Source: Haliotis cracherodii
Taxonomy: Eukaryota
DNA: 64,000 nt
Assembly: GCF_022045235.1 (NCBI RefSeq)
Contig: NW_027266279.1
Span: 1,860,001 to 1,924,000 of the forward strand
Reading direction: 5' to 3'
Below are positions 11,636 to 25,000 of the stretch, one piece after another; the first letter of the stretch is position 1, and every line of letters begins with the position of its first letter. The position numbers and the translations under genes were made by a program. Under the pieces are notes generated by a model. That model worked only from the letters and a program-made list of their open reading frames with translations. It made no database searches and was not told where the DNA came from.

Positions 11636-11875
11636 GTGGTGTGTCACAGGGTGTAGTGAGGTTGATTAGTGGGTGTGTGAAGTGGTGTGTCACAGGGTGT
11701 AGTGAGGTTGATTAGTGGGTGTGTGAAGTGGTGTGTCACTGGCTGTAAGAAGTGGATAAGTGGGTGTGTGAAGTGGTGTGTCACTGGGTGTAGTGAGGTT
11801 GATTAGTGGGTGAGTGAAGTAGTATGTCACTGGGTGTGGTGAGGTTGATGAGAGGGGGTTGAAGTGGTGTGTCAA
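11630..11875. repeat. 46-bp tandem repeat (~5 copies), a diverged relative of the adjacent 42-mer
   Basis: Unit gtgaagtggtgtgtcacagggtgtagtgaggttgattagtgggtgt. Confidence 0.85.
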
Positions 11876-12589
11876 TGGATGTAACGAGATGGACAAGTTG
11901 GTGAGTGGTTAGTAGATGACGGGTTTAGTTTTGCAACTATTCAGTGTAAGTAACCAATATGTATCGACAGAGAAAGACCAGGGTTGATCAAATCCATAAC
12001 AACAACTGCATGTAAACCATCACAAAGTCACCGTGCCAGACCACCCGGTCACATCAGTTGCCTCTTACGACAAGCATGGGATGCTGAATATGTGGATCTA
12101 ACGTGGATCTTCACGGGATCCGATGTGAAGTTTTCGCGTTGATGTTGAACAGCTACTATACAATATTCAACGTGACCAGATGGGGAATGGTTGTGTTGAT
12201 AAATAAATCATAGCTTCGAATTATGAAAAAAATTCCAGATACTTTTTGGTGGCGTCAACATCATGTCAATATATGTCTAAAATTCATAGCCGCAGGGTAT
12301 TAAATGGTGACCTCGGGATGAGACGTCTTGATATCCTGGCTTCAAGATATGGCATCCCGATATCTCGTACTTCTTAGTTAGATACGAAATACTGGACTTG
12401 GGCTATAAGGATATTACAGATGACCTCAAACTGGAAAGTCGAAGCGATGAGTTGGATATTCCTGGCCTCAAGATGTTAAATCGTGACTTCTATTTATTAT
12501 CTCAAGGCCTCCAAATACTAACGTGGCAGTCATTTTACATCAAAACTTTGCCTCAATAATTAAATATTGCATCGAGAAGATGTAGACAA

Positions 12590-13050
12590 GGTCTTGAGAT
12601 ATTATACCAAGGACTCGAGCTATTAAGTGGTGATCTCTTGATATTATCCCAAGGCCTCGAGCTATTAAGTGGTGATCTCTTGATATTATCCCAAGGCCTC
12701 GAGCTATTAAGTGGTGATCTCTTGATATTATCCCAAGGCCTCGAGCTATTAAGTGGTGATCTCTTGATATTATCCCAAGGCCTCGAGCTATTAAGTGGTG
12801 ATCTCTTGACATTATCCCAAGGCCTCGTGCTATTAAGTGGTGATCTCTAGATATTAATCCTGGACTCAACCCATAAAGTCGTTATCTCTAGATGTTAGTC
12901 CTGGACTCAAGCTATAAAGTCATGATCTCTAGATATTACTCCTGGAATCAAGCTATAAAGTCTTTGTCTTTAGATATTAGTACTGGACAAGCTATAAAGT
13001 CGTGATCTTTAGACAGCACTACTGACCTCGAGCTTTTAAGTCGTGATATC
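12590..13050. repeat. 42-bp minisatellite (TCTCTTGATATTATCCCAAGGCCTCGAGCTATTAAGTGGTGA): ~6 near-perfect copies plus degenerate flanking copies
   Basis: Tandem units visible directly; 14-aa period in the ORFs; degenerate copies extend left to ~12300. Confidence 0.92.
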
Positions 13051-14544
13051 TACTTATGAACCTCTGATGACGTCACACGACAGTAACAAAAGTTTCCTTT
13101 AAATGTTAATACAGGCTTTCACTGTTTATAAACAAACATGGCGTCGCCCTGGATAAACTACAGGGATAATTTCTATCATTATCAAAAGAACAGTCTAATA
13201 TACTAAAAATCAGTGTCTAACTGTAACGTAGCTAAGGCATTTTATAAGTTTTGGCAACTTTGGAGATATAAATTTCGAAACAATTTTGCGAGGGCACGAG
13301 GCCTTTCCAAGCGGGATCAATAGCCATATCTGTGCTTGTAGACCCCTGCGGCTTGAAACGCGTGTGTGTTTGGGGATAGTAAATATCCTGTATTAATACA
13401 ATACAATGGTTATTCCTAATGCAGGATATTTATCATCAAGCACACGCGTGATACCCCCCCCCCCCCCCCCCCCCCCTCTCTCTCTCTCTCCATTACAAAG
13501 TAGTAACAAATAGTTACGTGACGTGTTAACATTTAGGAAATTATGACGTCACAAACAACTTACGCCTATAGATATAGATATAGATATATAGATATAGATA
13601 TACATATAGATATATAGATATAGATATATTATCACCCGGCCTCAACCTAGTAAGTTGTGATCTGAAAGTAAGTATCACGTAAAGTCAAAATATTGCTGCC
13701 TTAATTTCTTGTTTCACTGTGTTCATACCACGAATGTGAATTGATTTTGAAGTTAGGTTCTTATTTATTATTCCTTCTTCTTAATACAATTATTGTTAAC
13801 AATTAATCATAGACAACATTATCTGTTCTGTGGAAAAGTGATTTTCACAACATCTTGCCAATGGACATTAGTTGCATTTACGGCGTTATAAGGGTTATTT
13901 TTCCCTTGCCCCTTTGTTAACTTCAGACCTAAGTACTTACATATATGTGCAAAAGCATCGTTGAGGAAGTATCACGTATCAGCGTCCTCGCGTCAGGACA
14001 CCGTTTACAGACGTGGGGGTTTTGTGTGGATATTCAGACTTTGTACTGACATATACTTCCTGGTATTTACAGCTATCGATTCAAGCCAACACTCATGCTA
14101 CTTGTCCGGTTTAAGTCTTTCTACGCCAGTCAGACAGAAGCTTTTCCTGTTTGGGCAGCAGTGTTGAAAGCGTTAGTCGGACATATTGGGATATTAAATC
14201 AATACAACTTGAAACTGCGCACGCACTTAAGTACAAAAAAATGTTGTGAATCCACTTGCGATTAGGGGGAGTTAACCCCGCTGTTCTATGGAATCCGAGA
14301 AGGGACTTTGTTGCATTGTTGCCTTCTCGCCCTTACCAAAACAAGCAAAAAGTGTCAAAATTAACCAAAACGCGACAATGTGACATTTTCGCAATTTGTC
14401 GCATTGTCGTTTTATCGCCCTTTGAATAATCTTGTATATTTTACCAAAGGGCGACATGGGACATTTTTCCGGGTCGAAATCTGTTCCCATGTTGCATTGT
14501 CGCCCCATCAAAAGATAATTTTGACATTTTGCTGTGGTAAGACT

Positions 14545-15210
14545 CTACGACTTCACCATGCATATTGATGGTGTATTTAACACCGTTTTCGACATCACCA
14601 TGTTTATTGATGGTGTATTTAACACCGTTTTCGACATCACCATGTATGTTGATGGTGTATTTAACACCGTCTTTGACATCACCATGTATGTTGACGGTGT
14701 ATTTAACGCCATCTTCGACATCACCATGTATATTGATAGTGTCTTTAACACCGTCTTCGACATCACCATGTATGTTGATGGTGTATTTAAAACCGTCTTC
14801 GACATCACCATGTATGTTGATGGTGTATTTAAAACCGTCTTCGACATCACCATGTTTATTGATTGTGTATTTAAAACCGTCTTCGACATCACCATGTTTA
14901 TTGATGGTGTGTTTAACACCGTCTTCGACATCACCATGTTTTTTGATGGTGTATTTAACACCGTCTTCGACATCACCATGTTTCTTGATGGTGTATTTAA
15001 CACCGTCTTCGACATCACCATGTTTATTAATGGTGTATTTAACACTGTGTTTGACATAATCATGTATATTGATGGCGTATTTAACACCGTCTTCGACATC
15101 ACCATGTTTATTGATGGTGTATTTAACACCGTTTTTGACATCACCATATATAGTGATAGTGTATGTAAGACCGTCTTTAACTTCGTCATGTATATTGATG
15201 GTATATTGTT
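14545..15210. repeat. 42-bp minisatellite (CATCACCATGTTTATTGATGGTGTATTTAACACCGTCTTCGA), ~16 copies
   Basis: Tandem units visible directly; 14-aa period. Confidence 0.96.
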
Positions 15211-16004
15211 ATAAGGTAAAACTGCATCCCCAAACCTTAAAAAATTATAACAAGGTCAACCTTTAAATTGATGGTTATAGCTTTAACACGAGGGAAACAC
15301 AGAGCTGCCGACTTGGCGCAAACAAGCAGGAAATCAATAGAGCAATGACAGTTACTGGGTATTTCGAGATAGCTTCTGTGTTGTTGTCGCCAATTAATCA
15401 ATTAATCAATCAGGTTAGTAGGTTCTGGTAGTTTTCCAATCACGACACAAACGAGACTTCATGGTCTGATATTGTTCATAACCAATTAAAAAGATCTTTG
15501 AGGACATGTGACAAAGACAGGCCCGAACACTTCAAAATGACACCTTAAACATTTGGAGAGGAGAGTGCGGTTTAAAAATCGATTGAGTCGAATCCCACGC
15601 AGTGACGAGCCTGGCCGGTCTGATTCTGTCGTGTCTTGATAGATGGACTGACGAGTAAGTAAAACTATGCGAGTATAAAGCCTGGTGTTGCGGTTATTAT
15701 GCGTATGAATGCTGTTTGAGATTTTCGGAGAAAGAATCGATAGACAAATCACTCCTTGACTCAGATACCCCGATTCTGACCAGCCGAGCTGCAAAGTCAT
15801 GACCTAACTTGCCATGACGACACGGAACGACACTACGTTTAGGTAACTGTAGTAGGGCCCCACCTGACGCAGTTACTACAATATGTAACACAGCCTTCGA
15901 CTTTACGATGTGTATTGATGATGTATTGAATGACTGATGAGCTGCAGGAATTTTTTTCAGTTTATCAAACGTTTCATTTATACTGATGTGATGTATAAAG
16001 TAGT

Positions 16005-17445
16005 CGGGGGTATGCTTCCAGATACCGTTAAATCCTCCTTCACCTGGGGGCATGGTTCCAGATAGCGTGATATCCTCTTTCACCTGGGGGTATGGTTACA
16101 GATACCGTGAAATCCTCCTTCACCTGGGGGTATGGTTCCAGATACCGTGAAATCCTCCTTCACCTGGGGGTATGGTTCCAGATGCCGTGAAATCCTCCTT
16201 CACCTGGGGGTATGGTTCCAGATGCCGTGAAATCATCCTTCACCTGGGGGTATGGTTCCAGATGCCGTGAAATCCTCCTTCACCTGGGGGTATGGTTCCA
16301 GATGCCATGAAATCCCCCTTCACCTGGGGGTATGGTTCCAGATGCCATGAAATCCTCCTTCGCCTGGGGTTATAGTTCCAGATACCGTGAAATCCTCCTT
16401 CGCCTGGGGGTATGGTTCCAGATGCCGTGAAATCCTCCTTCACCTGGGGGTATGGTTTCAGATGCCGTGAAATCCTCCTTCACCTTGGGCTATGGTTCCA
16501 GATACCGTGATATCCTCCTTCACCTGGGGGTATGGTTCCAGATACCGTGATATCCTCCTTCACCTGGGGTTATGTTTCCAGAAACCGTGAAATCCTCCTT
16601 CGCCTGGGGCTATGGTTCCAGATACCGTGAAATCCTCCTTCACCTGGGGGTATGGTTTCAGATACCGTGAAATCCTGTTTAATCTGGATGAATGGTTCGA
16701 GATACCGTGAAATCCTCCTTCACCTTGATGTATGCTTCCAGATACCGTGAAATCCTCCTTCCCCTTGGGGTATGGTTCCAGATACCGTGAAATCCTCCTT
16801 CACCTGGGGGCATGGTTCCAGATCCTGTGAAATCCTCCTTCGCCTGGGGGTATGGTTCCAGATGCCGTGAAATCCTCCTTCGCCTGGGGGTATGGTTCCA
16901 GATGCCGTGAAATCCTCCTTCGCCTGGGGGTATGAATCCAGATGCCGTGAAATCTTCCTTCGCCTGGGGGTATGGTTCCAGATGCCGTGAAATCCTCCTT
17001 CGCCTGGGGGTATGGTTCCAGATGCCGTGAAATCTTCCTTCGCCTGGGGGTATGAATCCAGATGCCGTGAAATCCTCCTTCGCCTGGGGGTATGGTTCCA
17101 GATGCCCTTGAAATCCTCCTTCGCCTGGGGCTATGGTTCCAGATACCGTGAAATCCTCCCTCACCTGGGGCTATGGTTCCAGATACCGTGAAATCCTATT
17201 TAATCTTGATGAATGGTTCCAGATACCGTGAAATCCTCCTTCACCTGGGGGTATGGTTCCTGATACCGTGAAATCCTCCCTCACCTGGGGGTATGGTTCA
17301 ATATACCGTGAAATCCTATTTAATCTGGATGAATGGTTACAGATACCGTGAAATCCTCCTTCACCTGGGGGTATGGTTCCAGGAACAGAGACATCCTCTT
17401 TAATCTGGATGAATGGTTCGAAATACAGTGAAAACATCCTTAGTC
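16005..17445. repeat. 40-bp minisatellite (CACCTGGGGGTATGGTTCCAGATACCGTGAAATCCTCCTT), ~36 copies
   Basis: Tandem units visible directly, with a variant unit (taatctggatgaatggtt) recurring toward the right end. Confidence 0.96.
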
Positions 17446-17566
17446 TGGACGGCTTAGTTCCAGATTAACAAATTCGCGGATTAACGAATCAAGGTTGGGA
17501 GAAATATTGCGTTAAACATACATGGACAATGACAAACGGTTCCGGACTACCAGGTTTTCGGACTAA

Positions 17567-17800
17567 GCAATATTCCAGCTATATGATGGCGGTCTGTTAA
17601 TAATCGAGTTTGGACCAGACAATCTAGTGATTCACAGCATGAGCGTCGATTCACGCAATTGGGATACGATGACATGCATGAACCAAGTCAGCGAGCCTGA
17701 CCACCCGATCCCATAAATCGCCTCTTACGACAAGCAAAATCGCCATTTACGGTATGCATGGGTTGCTGAAGGCCTATTCTACCCCGGATCTTCACGGGTC
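17567..17800 (-). mobile_element. SINE-like family B copy
   Basis: Reverse complement of the element at 23707-23990 and 49251-49493. Confidence 0.8.
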
Positions 17801-18789
17801 AAAGATAAATTAAGATCAACATTTAAAACTAAAATAGGGAATCGAATAATATGACATCTCTGTTGACTTAAGTTATAATCTGCTTTCCTGTTTGATAATG
17901 CACAATAAATACTGCTTATTTACAAAATGATAAGAATTCATAGAGGCATGTAAATTTAAAGGAACGTTGATAATGAAATCTCCAAGATCCTGTTGTAACA
18001 TGTAAACTTCTCACTGAACGTATCTCTGATTGTAAGAAACGGTTGTGTTGAAGGAATGCAATATTTTACCCAAAATGAACTCTTTCTTAGGAATATGGAA
18101 AGGGTATTATCGCTTTTGTTTGGATATATTCCAGCAATATCTCGAAACCAAAAGTGGGGTTCAGACATTGTACCACGTATAGAATCAAACCCAGACTGCG
18201 CCAAAACGAGCGATCGCATTAACCACTAGGCTACCCCAGTGTCACTGGTTTTACGAAGACGTCAACACATATATCCGGCCATAAGGTAAAGCTGGAGACA
18301 ATGGCGTTTTTGTTTCACATAAAACAACCTTACCGACAAGTGAGCTGCAGTGAGTATGGCTTTACGTATCTTTCTGCAACATTCCAGTAACATCACAAGG
18401 GACACCCAAAAATGGGCATAATCGACCCGGGACTTCGGCGTGACGAGCGACCTCTTCAACCACAAGGCTACATCACCGCGTATCTTGACAAGTATATACT
18501 AGACAGACGTAATACAGACATCATAGCTAGATATCACCACAGAGTTGATGTTTGTAGCATATCAACCTGTGATGATTTAAATAAGATTTCAGGAAGTGTG
18601 ATTTGATAATATTACATTGTTGTACAAGCAGGAAGCAAAGCTGCACCCTAAAACGTGGGATTTGAGGCTTCCAAATATTATGGATTGACGATTACATATC
18701 CAATTTTTTTATGTAAATAGGAATTCGATTTTTATTATGTCGTGTCACCTTAAAGCGTGAGGAAAGTCCGAAAACATGTAAAAACACAA

Positions 18790-20270
18790 TCCATTCCATA
18801 ATCTTACTATGTTAAAAAATATCTGCTGAAAGCAGGGTTCATTGTACGATCCCGACAATATCATGAGCATGTGTTTATAAATCACTGTCAAATAGTGATG
18901 ATACCAGGTGTTCGCGAAATGGTGAGCCCCATGGGTGGTACCTGTTACAAACACATGCAAGGGCAAGTCAACTGGGTTCTTGGGTTGTCGTAATCGAGTT
19001 GACTTTGTAGCCTTCGTGTCACGAATGAATTATTTCATCGGAAATACGTGACAGCATTTTAGGATTATTCATATTGATGAATGTAATTGATGTAAATTGA
19101 TCATAAATGTTTACAAACACTGACTTTTTCCATGTCTTGAAAAAGCACATTTTTCCACAAAAGCCTAGATCAAGGAAAATGGGGCATCAGGACGGATAAC
19201 TTTCCATCTGACGCAACTGAAGAATAATCATTCAATTAAGGTTTGACCCTTTTTTCGCCCTGATGATTAAGCTCCAGGAAATCTGTTATTTTGATATTGA
19301 ACAAGGTGAGCGTACCCTGCCCCACCGGTGGTACCCGTTATAGACACATGCAAAGGCAAGTCAACCGTTCACCCGAAGAAAGCACGGGAACATATTGAAC
19401 CAGTCAAAATAGGGAATTGCATCGGACATCATATTTGCCTATGATGTGTCAAATTTGGAAATGTCCCCCGCATTAAACATCTTTAAAGCTTTAGTAAGGC
19501 CTGGAATGTTGATCAAACAACTTTTGGACAAGAATCCAAATTCGTGGTAGAAAGAGCATGCTCTATTGTATCTGAAAAATTGTGAAATGTGGACACCAAA
19601 GGCTGGAGCTGAGGGAACATTCCTCGACATAAAGGGAAAGTTGAATTTTGGAAATTGGAAGTCATCCCCTCTTGTCATACAGCCTCTGAATCTTTAGCAA
19701 AGAGTGAGTGAGTGAGTTGGGTTTAACGCCGCTTTTAACAGTATTCCAGTTATATCGTGGCGTGTCAGCTTAATGCGAGAGGAAAGCCCGAAGTTATGCA
19801 GGTCTCAGATGTGAAACCCACGAGCACGGGTATGGTGCTGACAAACCTAGAAACATAATCGGGGCGAACCGGGATTCAAACCCACAATCGTGCCTAAGGG
19901 ACGCAACTCTGCACTGCGAATCGCGGCGCCTTAGACGACTAGGCCACCCGTGACCCCCTTTTGCAAAGAAATACATAGGAAACATATCTCTTGAAACTGG
20001 TTTCTTTTATTTCGAGCCTGGTGGAAAGTGTCTATTTGACCATTATTCATTTTGCCAATCCAAGCAGACATTCTGTTGGCACAAAGAAACATATCAGCAA
20101 GGATAAGTGGGAACACATTTCGTGACGATCGAGGTGCCCACGCCTTGCCTGAATGTCCTACCCTCATATCCAACACGGAGGTCATCAATGACGAAGTCTA
20201 GGATTGCATATGAACCCTTGAGCATGCGTACTGCGCTGACAAACCAGGGAACAGAGCCTCAAAGGGATTT
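18790..20270 (-). mobile_element. Degenerate Penelope-like retroelement remnant, interrupted by a SINE
   Basis: Minus-strand fragment RGDDFQFPKFNFPFMSRNVPSAPAFGVHISQFFRYNRACS matches the PLE RT-thumb motif (DKRDDF.F.IVNFP..SSNIP..PAYGVYISQL.RY.RAC). Its 3' segment is homologous to 40025-40190. Confidence 0.65.
19703..19958 (-). mobile_element. SINE family D copy
   Basis: Reverse complement of the 61488-61768 element: A box TGGCCTAGTCGTCTAAGG, B box GGGTTTGAATCCC, (ACTC)n tail. Confidence 0.85.
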
Positions 20271-21228
20271 ACATGTGTTCATGAGTGTGGACATGAATGT
20301 TTAGTTCCGTCTCAGGCAGCAATATCCCAATCTATGCCTATGAACAATCGAGTTTGCAGGGCTAGAAACTACCATATTTAGTCCACTAGTCCTTATGATG
20401 AGAACATATAGCAAAACCCTTAAAAATGGGAAATTTCTACTAGTCCTTAGGATACCTTAACTATTTGGCAAGGACTACAGGACTAGTGCCAATTTCTAAC
20501 GCTGGTCTGGGTTGCCAGCATGAGTGATCACGTTAGGTCACATACTGAGAGCATCCAATCCTCATTGTTGGTGTTCTCCTCCTCACGCTGGCGTGCTAGG
20601 GACATGCATCTCCTGCCAATGAATGAATAGGTCGGGATACAAGAACAGAAGCTATTCTGAGTAGTGGGTTTGGGTTAACGTCGTTTTAAGCTGTATTGCA
20701 GTTATAGGATGGTGTGTCAGCTTGATGTGGAGGCAAGTCCTGATTCACGCTGACCTTGAACGATAGCCAATTTGGTGAGACCACGGGCACGGGTATGGTG
20801 CTGACATACGTTGAAACCTTATCAGTGCAAACCTGTGATTCCCACCTATCTAAACAGATTTTATGAAGACACGAGTCTCCACGACGAACTGCAACATCTT
20901 AGACGAGTGGTAAAGCCGTGCCCCAAGACGTATATAAACATCAAGGGCTTTTGCCAATGTTAACAGATCATGGTATTTCAGGAAAGGCACATTCGAAAGA
21001 GGACGTTAGTTGAAATAGGGTTTAACTTTAAAAAAACATATGCATGCATGTGTGTGTGCTTGTTCTAGACTTCTGTCGGTTTAAGAGTGATAGCCTTCGG
21101 AGAAACGATTCCGCAGTTTGCCACGATATCCCACTCAGATAACATTGTACCCGAGCCGACCAGTCCTTGTATATGTGTTTTATTCCGTCATGCCGAACGC
21201 CAAACAGGGTAACACCTTTGAACCCCTT

Positions 21229-21388
21229 TGGGGAGACGGGGTAGCCTGGTGGTTAAAGTGCTCGCTCGTTATGCCGAAGACCCTGGTTCGATTCCCGACA
21301 TGGGTACTATGTATGAAGCTTATTTCTGCTGCCCCCATCAGTATTATTGCTCGAATATTGCTAAAGGCGGCGTAAAACCATACTCACT
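21229..21388 (+). mobile_element. tRNA-derived SINE family A copy
   Basis: A box GTAGCCTGGTGG, B box GGTTCGATTCC, common tail gctaaaggcggcgtaaaccatactcac. Confidence 0.8.
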
Positions 21389-22071
21389 GTAACGCCTTTG
21401 TAATGTCGTGTCCAGGGCATCGAACCATCGACCTTCCGCTTTCCGGGCGGACGCTCTCCCTACTTCACCACGGAGCAATATCACACTAAGCTGCCCGTAA
21501 GTAATCGTATCTGAACCAGATATAACGTGATGGACACAAAGGCTCGCAGTCGGATGCTCCTTTTGTAGCAGGCACTTACTTGCCCCCGTGAGATACCCGG
21601 ACAACATGTCCGCACCTAGCCAATTTCCCATTGCTAGTCTTTCTCGTATCAGGTTGTCAAGCTCTGTGACTTGGCGGATTGTGGGTCATCGTGCGCCGGC
21701 GGCATGGATTGTTACTGATGTTTTCAGTAATCGGTTTCCCTAGTCCAGGTTCGATCATTTGTAGCGCGTCGCGATAGTACTGGTACCTCACCTGCAGTGC
21801 CACCCGACAGCTCATTAAAATCAGATTGTTGTTGAGAGAATGATGAACCGTTACGGCTTGCATAGTGATAGTTATAGTAATAACTAGATCAATAAGTGAG
21901 ACCATTAAGATCAAACCTTGGTGGGAAAATATTATTTATTGGAATCGTATGCTTTATGGGCAGATATTATCGGTAATTGCTAATAAAAAGAGGTCTTGGT
22001 CCCGAACATAGTAACATTGTTATTCTATATTTACTGTGCCGATCATACATTGATATTGATAAGTGTCTTTT

Positions 22072-25000
22072 TCAACCAATTGATGCGAATGGGGAGTGGC
22101 AAGTTTCAAGGACCGTATTCCAAATAAGTCCACCAGGACACGAACCAACAAAGGCGTCGCCATTGTTATCGCACTGGATAAATTTATGGATATCTGGATG
22201 AGGAAAGTAGAGCTTTCCAGCTGCCGCCTGTTTAGACAAGCATGGGTTCGTTCCCGTTCCAGTTCCAGTTCCAGGTCCTGTTACTGTTACCGGGCCAACG
22301 GTCGGGGGTGGCGTCACAACAACGCCTGCAGTGGTGGCGTATTCACAAGCTCGGCGGGCCTGGTTCCATATTAGCATTGACGGACATGAGAGAATTGTCG
22401 CTCCCCCATTTGGGCCACATTCAATGAACTTTGTGTTGATGTTTGGGATGGCAAAATAGATCAGCCCGGCCGCGTAATTGGCTTTGGTGCAGGAACCAGA
22501 CGTGATGGTGGTAGCGGCGGGTGTGACTTGGGGGACAACAGGTGACCGACACGACGTGGTAGCCGAGTTATACGTCAACCCCGACGGACATTGGATGATG
22601 TACATCTGGCCAATGTTGTCGCACTGGAGAAACTTGGTGTTGTCAGTGGGATGTGGAAAATATACCCTTTTGTTGTTTCCCACACAGGGGTTTTGTGGTG
22701 GCACCCAGTTGTCTGAAAACGAAACAAATTCAATATACTCGTATGTATGTCGTTCGTACGCCGCCAGTCTGTAATTCTCTGTCTCCAATTTGCAGTGTCT
22801 GCGGTATCCCGTTACACAAAGCGATCTTAGCAAGACAGTATTAAAGTACGGACGTTAAGATCGTCTTAACTTTAAGATCGCCTTGTTGAACTGGGCCCTG
22901 GTTGTAGGTTTACACGAGGGTGTGTGTGTTTGTTGTTTAACGCCGCACTAAGCAACAGTCGAGCTATATGACGGCGGTCTGTAAATAATCGAGTCTGGAC
23001 CAGACAATCCAGTGATTGACATCATCAGCATCGATCCACGCAATAGGGATCCGATGACATGCATGAACCAAGACAGCGAGCCTGACCACCCGATCCTGTT
23101 CGTCGCCTCTTATGACAAGCTTAGTCGCCTTTTACGACAAGCTTAGTCGCCTTTTACGACAACCATAGTCGCCTTTTACGGCAAGCATAGTCGCCTTTTA
23201 CTAACCGTCCACGATCTGGGTCATAATCACTGTAGGTTTTCCTCAAACACTGAACTCATTCCTGCTATGTTCGATCAACCTTATGTGTGTATGGTAACAT
23301 GCTAAATACGAAGCAAACAGGGTGTAGGTTTTCCTTGTCCGAAACCTTCCGGATACCTTCCCACTTTGATTCCGGCCCGGGAACCTTTCGGATACATTCG
23401 GCAACCTTCAGTTTTCTTGGTAATTTTCAGATACTTTTTTATGCGTTTCACAATTAAAAGAACAAAATGCACCCCGACCCTTTCATGGACCCCGCATGAG
23501 TTTACATGGTTACTTATCCTGTAAATTAAATATCATGTCACGTCAATACAATCAGCATAAACAAATGACTCGTACGTAAAGGGGGTTACCTTTGGGGGTA
23601 TATGAACTTATGACATAACCCTCTGCAAGTTTAGCGAGGCGCTGAAAAAAACTATTATCAGTTACTGTGGATGAAGCTCCTGCATGTCTCTTACCAACAC
23701 GGGGGAACCCGTGAAGATCCGGGGTAGAATAGGTCTTCAGCAACCCATGCTTGCCGTAAAAGGCGACTATGCTTGTCATTTAAGGCGACTAACGGGATCG
23801 GGTGGTCAGGCACGCTGACTTGGTTGATGCATGTCATCGATCCCAATTGCGTGGATCGATGCTCATGACATTAATCACTTGATTGTCTGGTCCAGACTCG
23901 ATTATTTACAGACCGCCGTCATATAACTGGAATATTGCTGAGTGCGGCGTTAAACAACAAACCAACCAACCAACCAACCAACCAACCAACCCGGTGGAAG
24001 TTTAACTGGTGATTATTGCCACAATACTTATTGTATAATGAACAGCACAAAGCACTGTTCCATCAGTCATGTCAGGCTCAGTTGTATCACTCAGCGTCCC
24101 TTGCTGCCAGCGCCTTCATACCGACGCTGTACAAATGAACTCTATAACTTATTGTAAATTTGGTTTATTTCAAAATACTCACTTGTGCATGGCACTTGCC
24201 GTTTCCCTGAAAAGAAGGACAAGCAGAGACAATTAAAACAATCAAGAAAAGGGTCAATCGAAACAATAGTTAATAGTGAAAATGTTGTGTGAACATATCA
24301 CACATCTAACCCTCTGTACGAGACGTGATAATCACCCATTGTGGCCCATTGGAAATGTCAAAACATAAACGGAAATGTACGATTTGATCGGAAATGTTCA
24401 TATTACTCGTTTCATTTGTGAGAAATGAAGTATGTCTAAAATGAGTGAAAAAAGTGATTTAAAAGAACCAACGATTATATGTGGCAATCGTGAGCCAAGA
24501 TGATTCTTCATTACTTCTGAAAAAATTTCAAACAGTTGCTTATGCTCAAAAATTAAAAAAATCCCCGTTTACCGAAAACCTCTAGAATCAGCATTTTGAA
24601 CACATTTTAGCTTTGGACATCCTCATTTGATTTTATAGTTCAACACATGCAAATAGTGACAGGAAAATTATCATCTTCCATACGAACACTTCTTATATAT
24701 TTTAAACGTTCGCACAGTTCTTTGATTATGCAGATCTAGATACCCTGGGCGAAACAAGGTTCTTTATCACAGCCAATCATCTGCTTTCGGTTCTATATTA
24801 AAGTACTCTTCAAAATAGAGCATTGTTAATACTAACACGTGGATACAATTAATTGTCACCTATTTCATCTTATTTCTGACGGAAACCACTCCAGAAGAGA
24901 ATTTTATATTATCCGAGTTTATCATTCAGATTTTATTTTCAGATATTTTTGGAATCATGATCACACCAACGAGTATAAATAAAATTAATTACGACGAATA

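Noticed and set aside
8060-11693. 929-aa and 944-aa His/Pro-rich ORFs and the + strand Glu/Val-rich ORFs
   Set aside because: Products of a 42-bp (multiple of 3) minisatellite that is open in several frames on both strands; no signal peptide, splice context or codon-position bias in the unit variants.
12540-17437. Repetitive ORFs in the 42-bp and 40-bp arrays (e.g. 14534-15214, 16679-17164)
   Set aside because: Tandem-repeat translations, open on both strands.
12590-17445. CRISPR-like appearance of regularly spaced repeats
   Set aside because: Units are contiguous with no unique spacers, there are no cas genes, and the context is eukaryotic.
22713-22833. N-terminal 40 aa of the 253-aa ORF (MLRSLCVTG..)
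   Set aside because: Intron sequence read through upstream of the acceptor at 22713; the real N-terminus comes from exons at 25096 and 24206.
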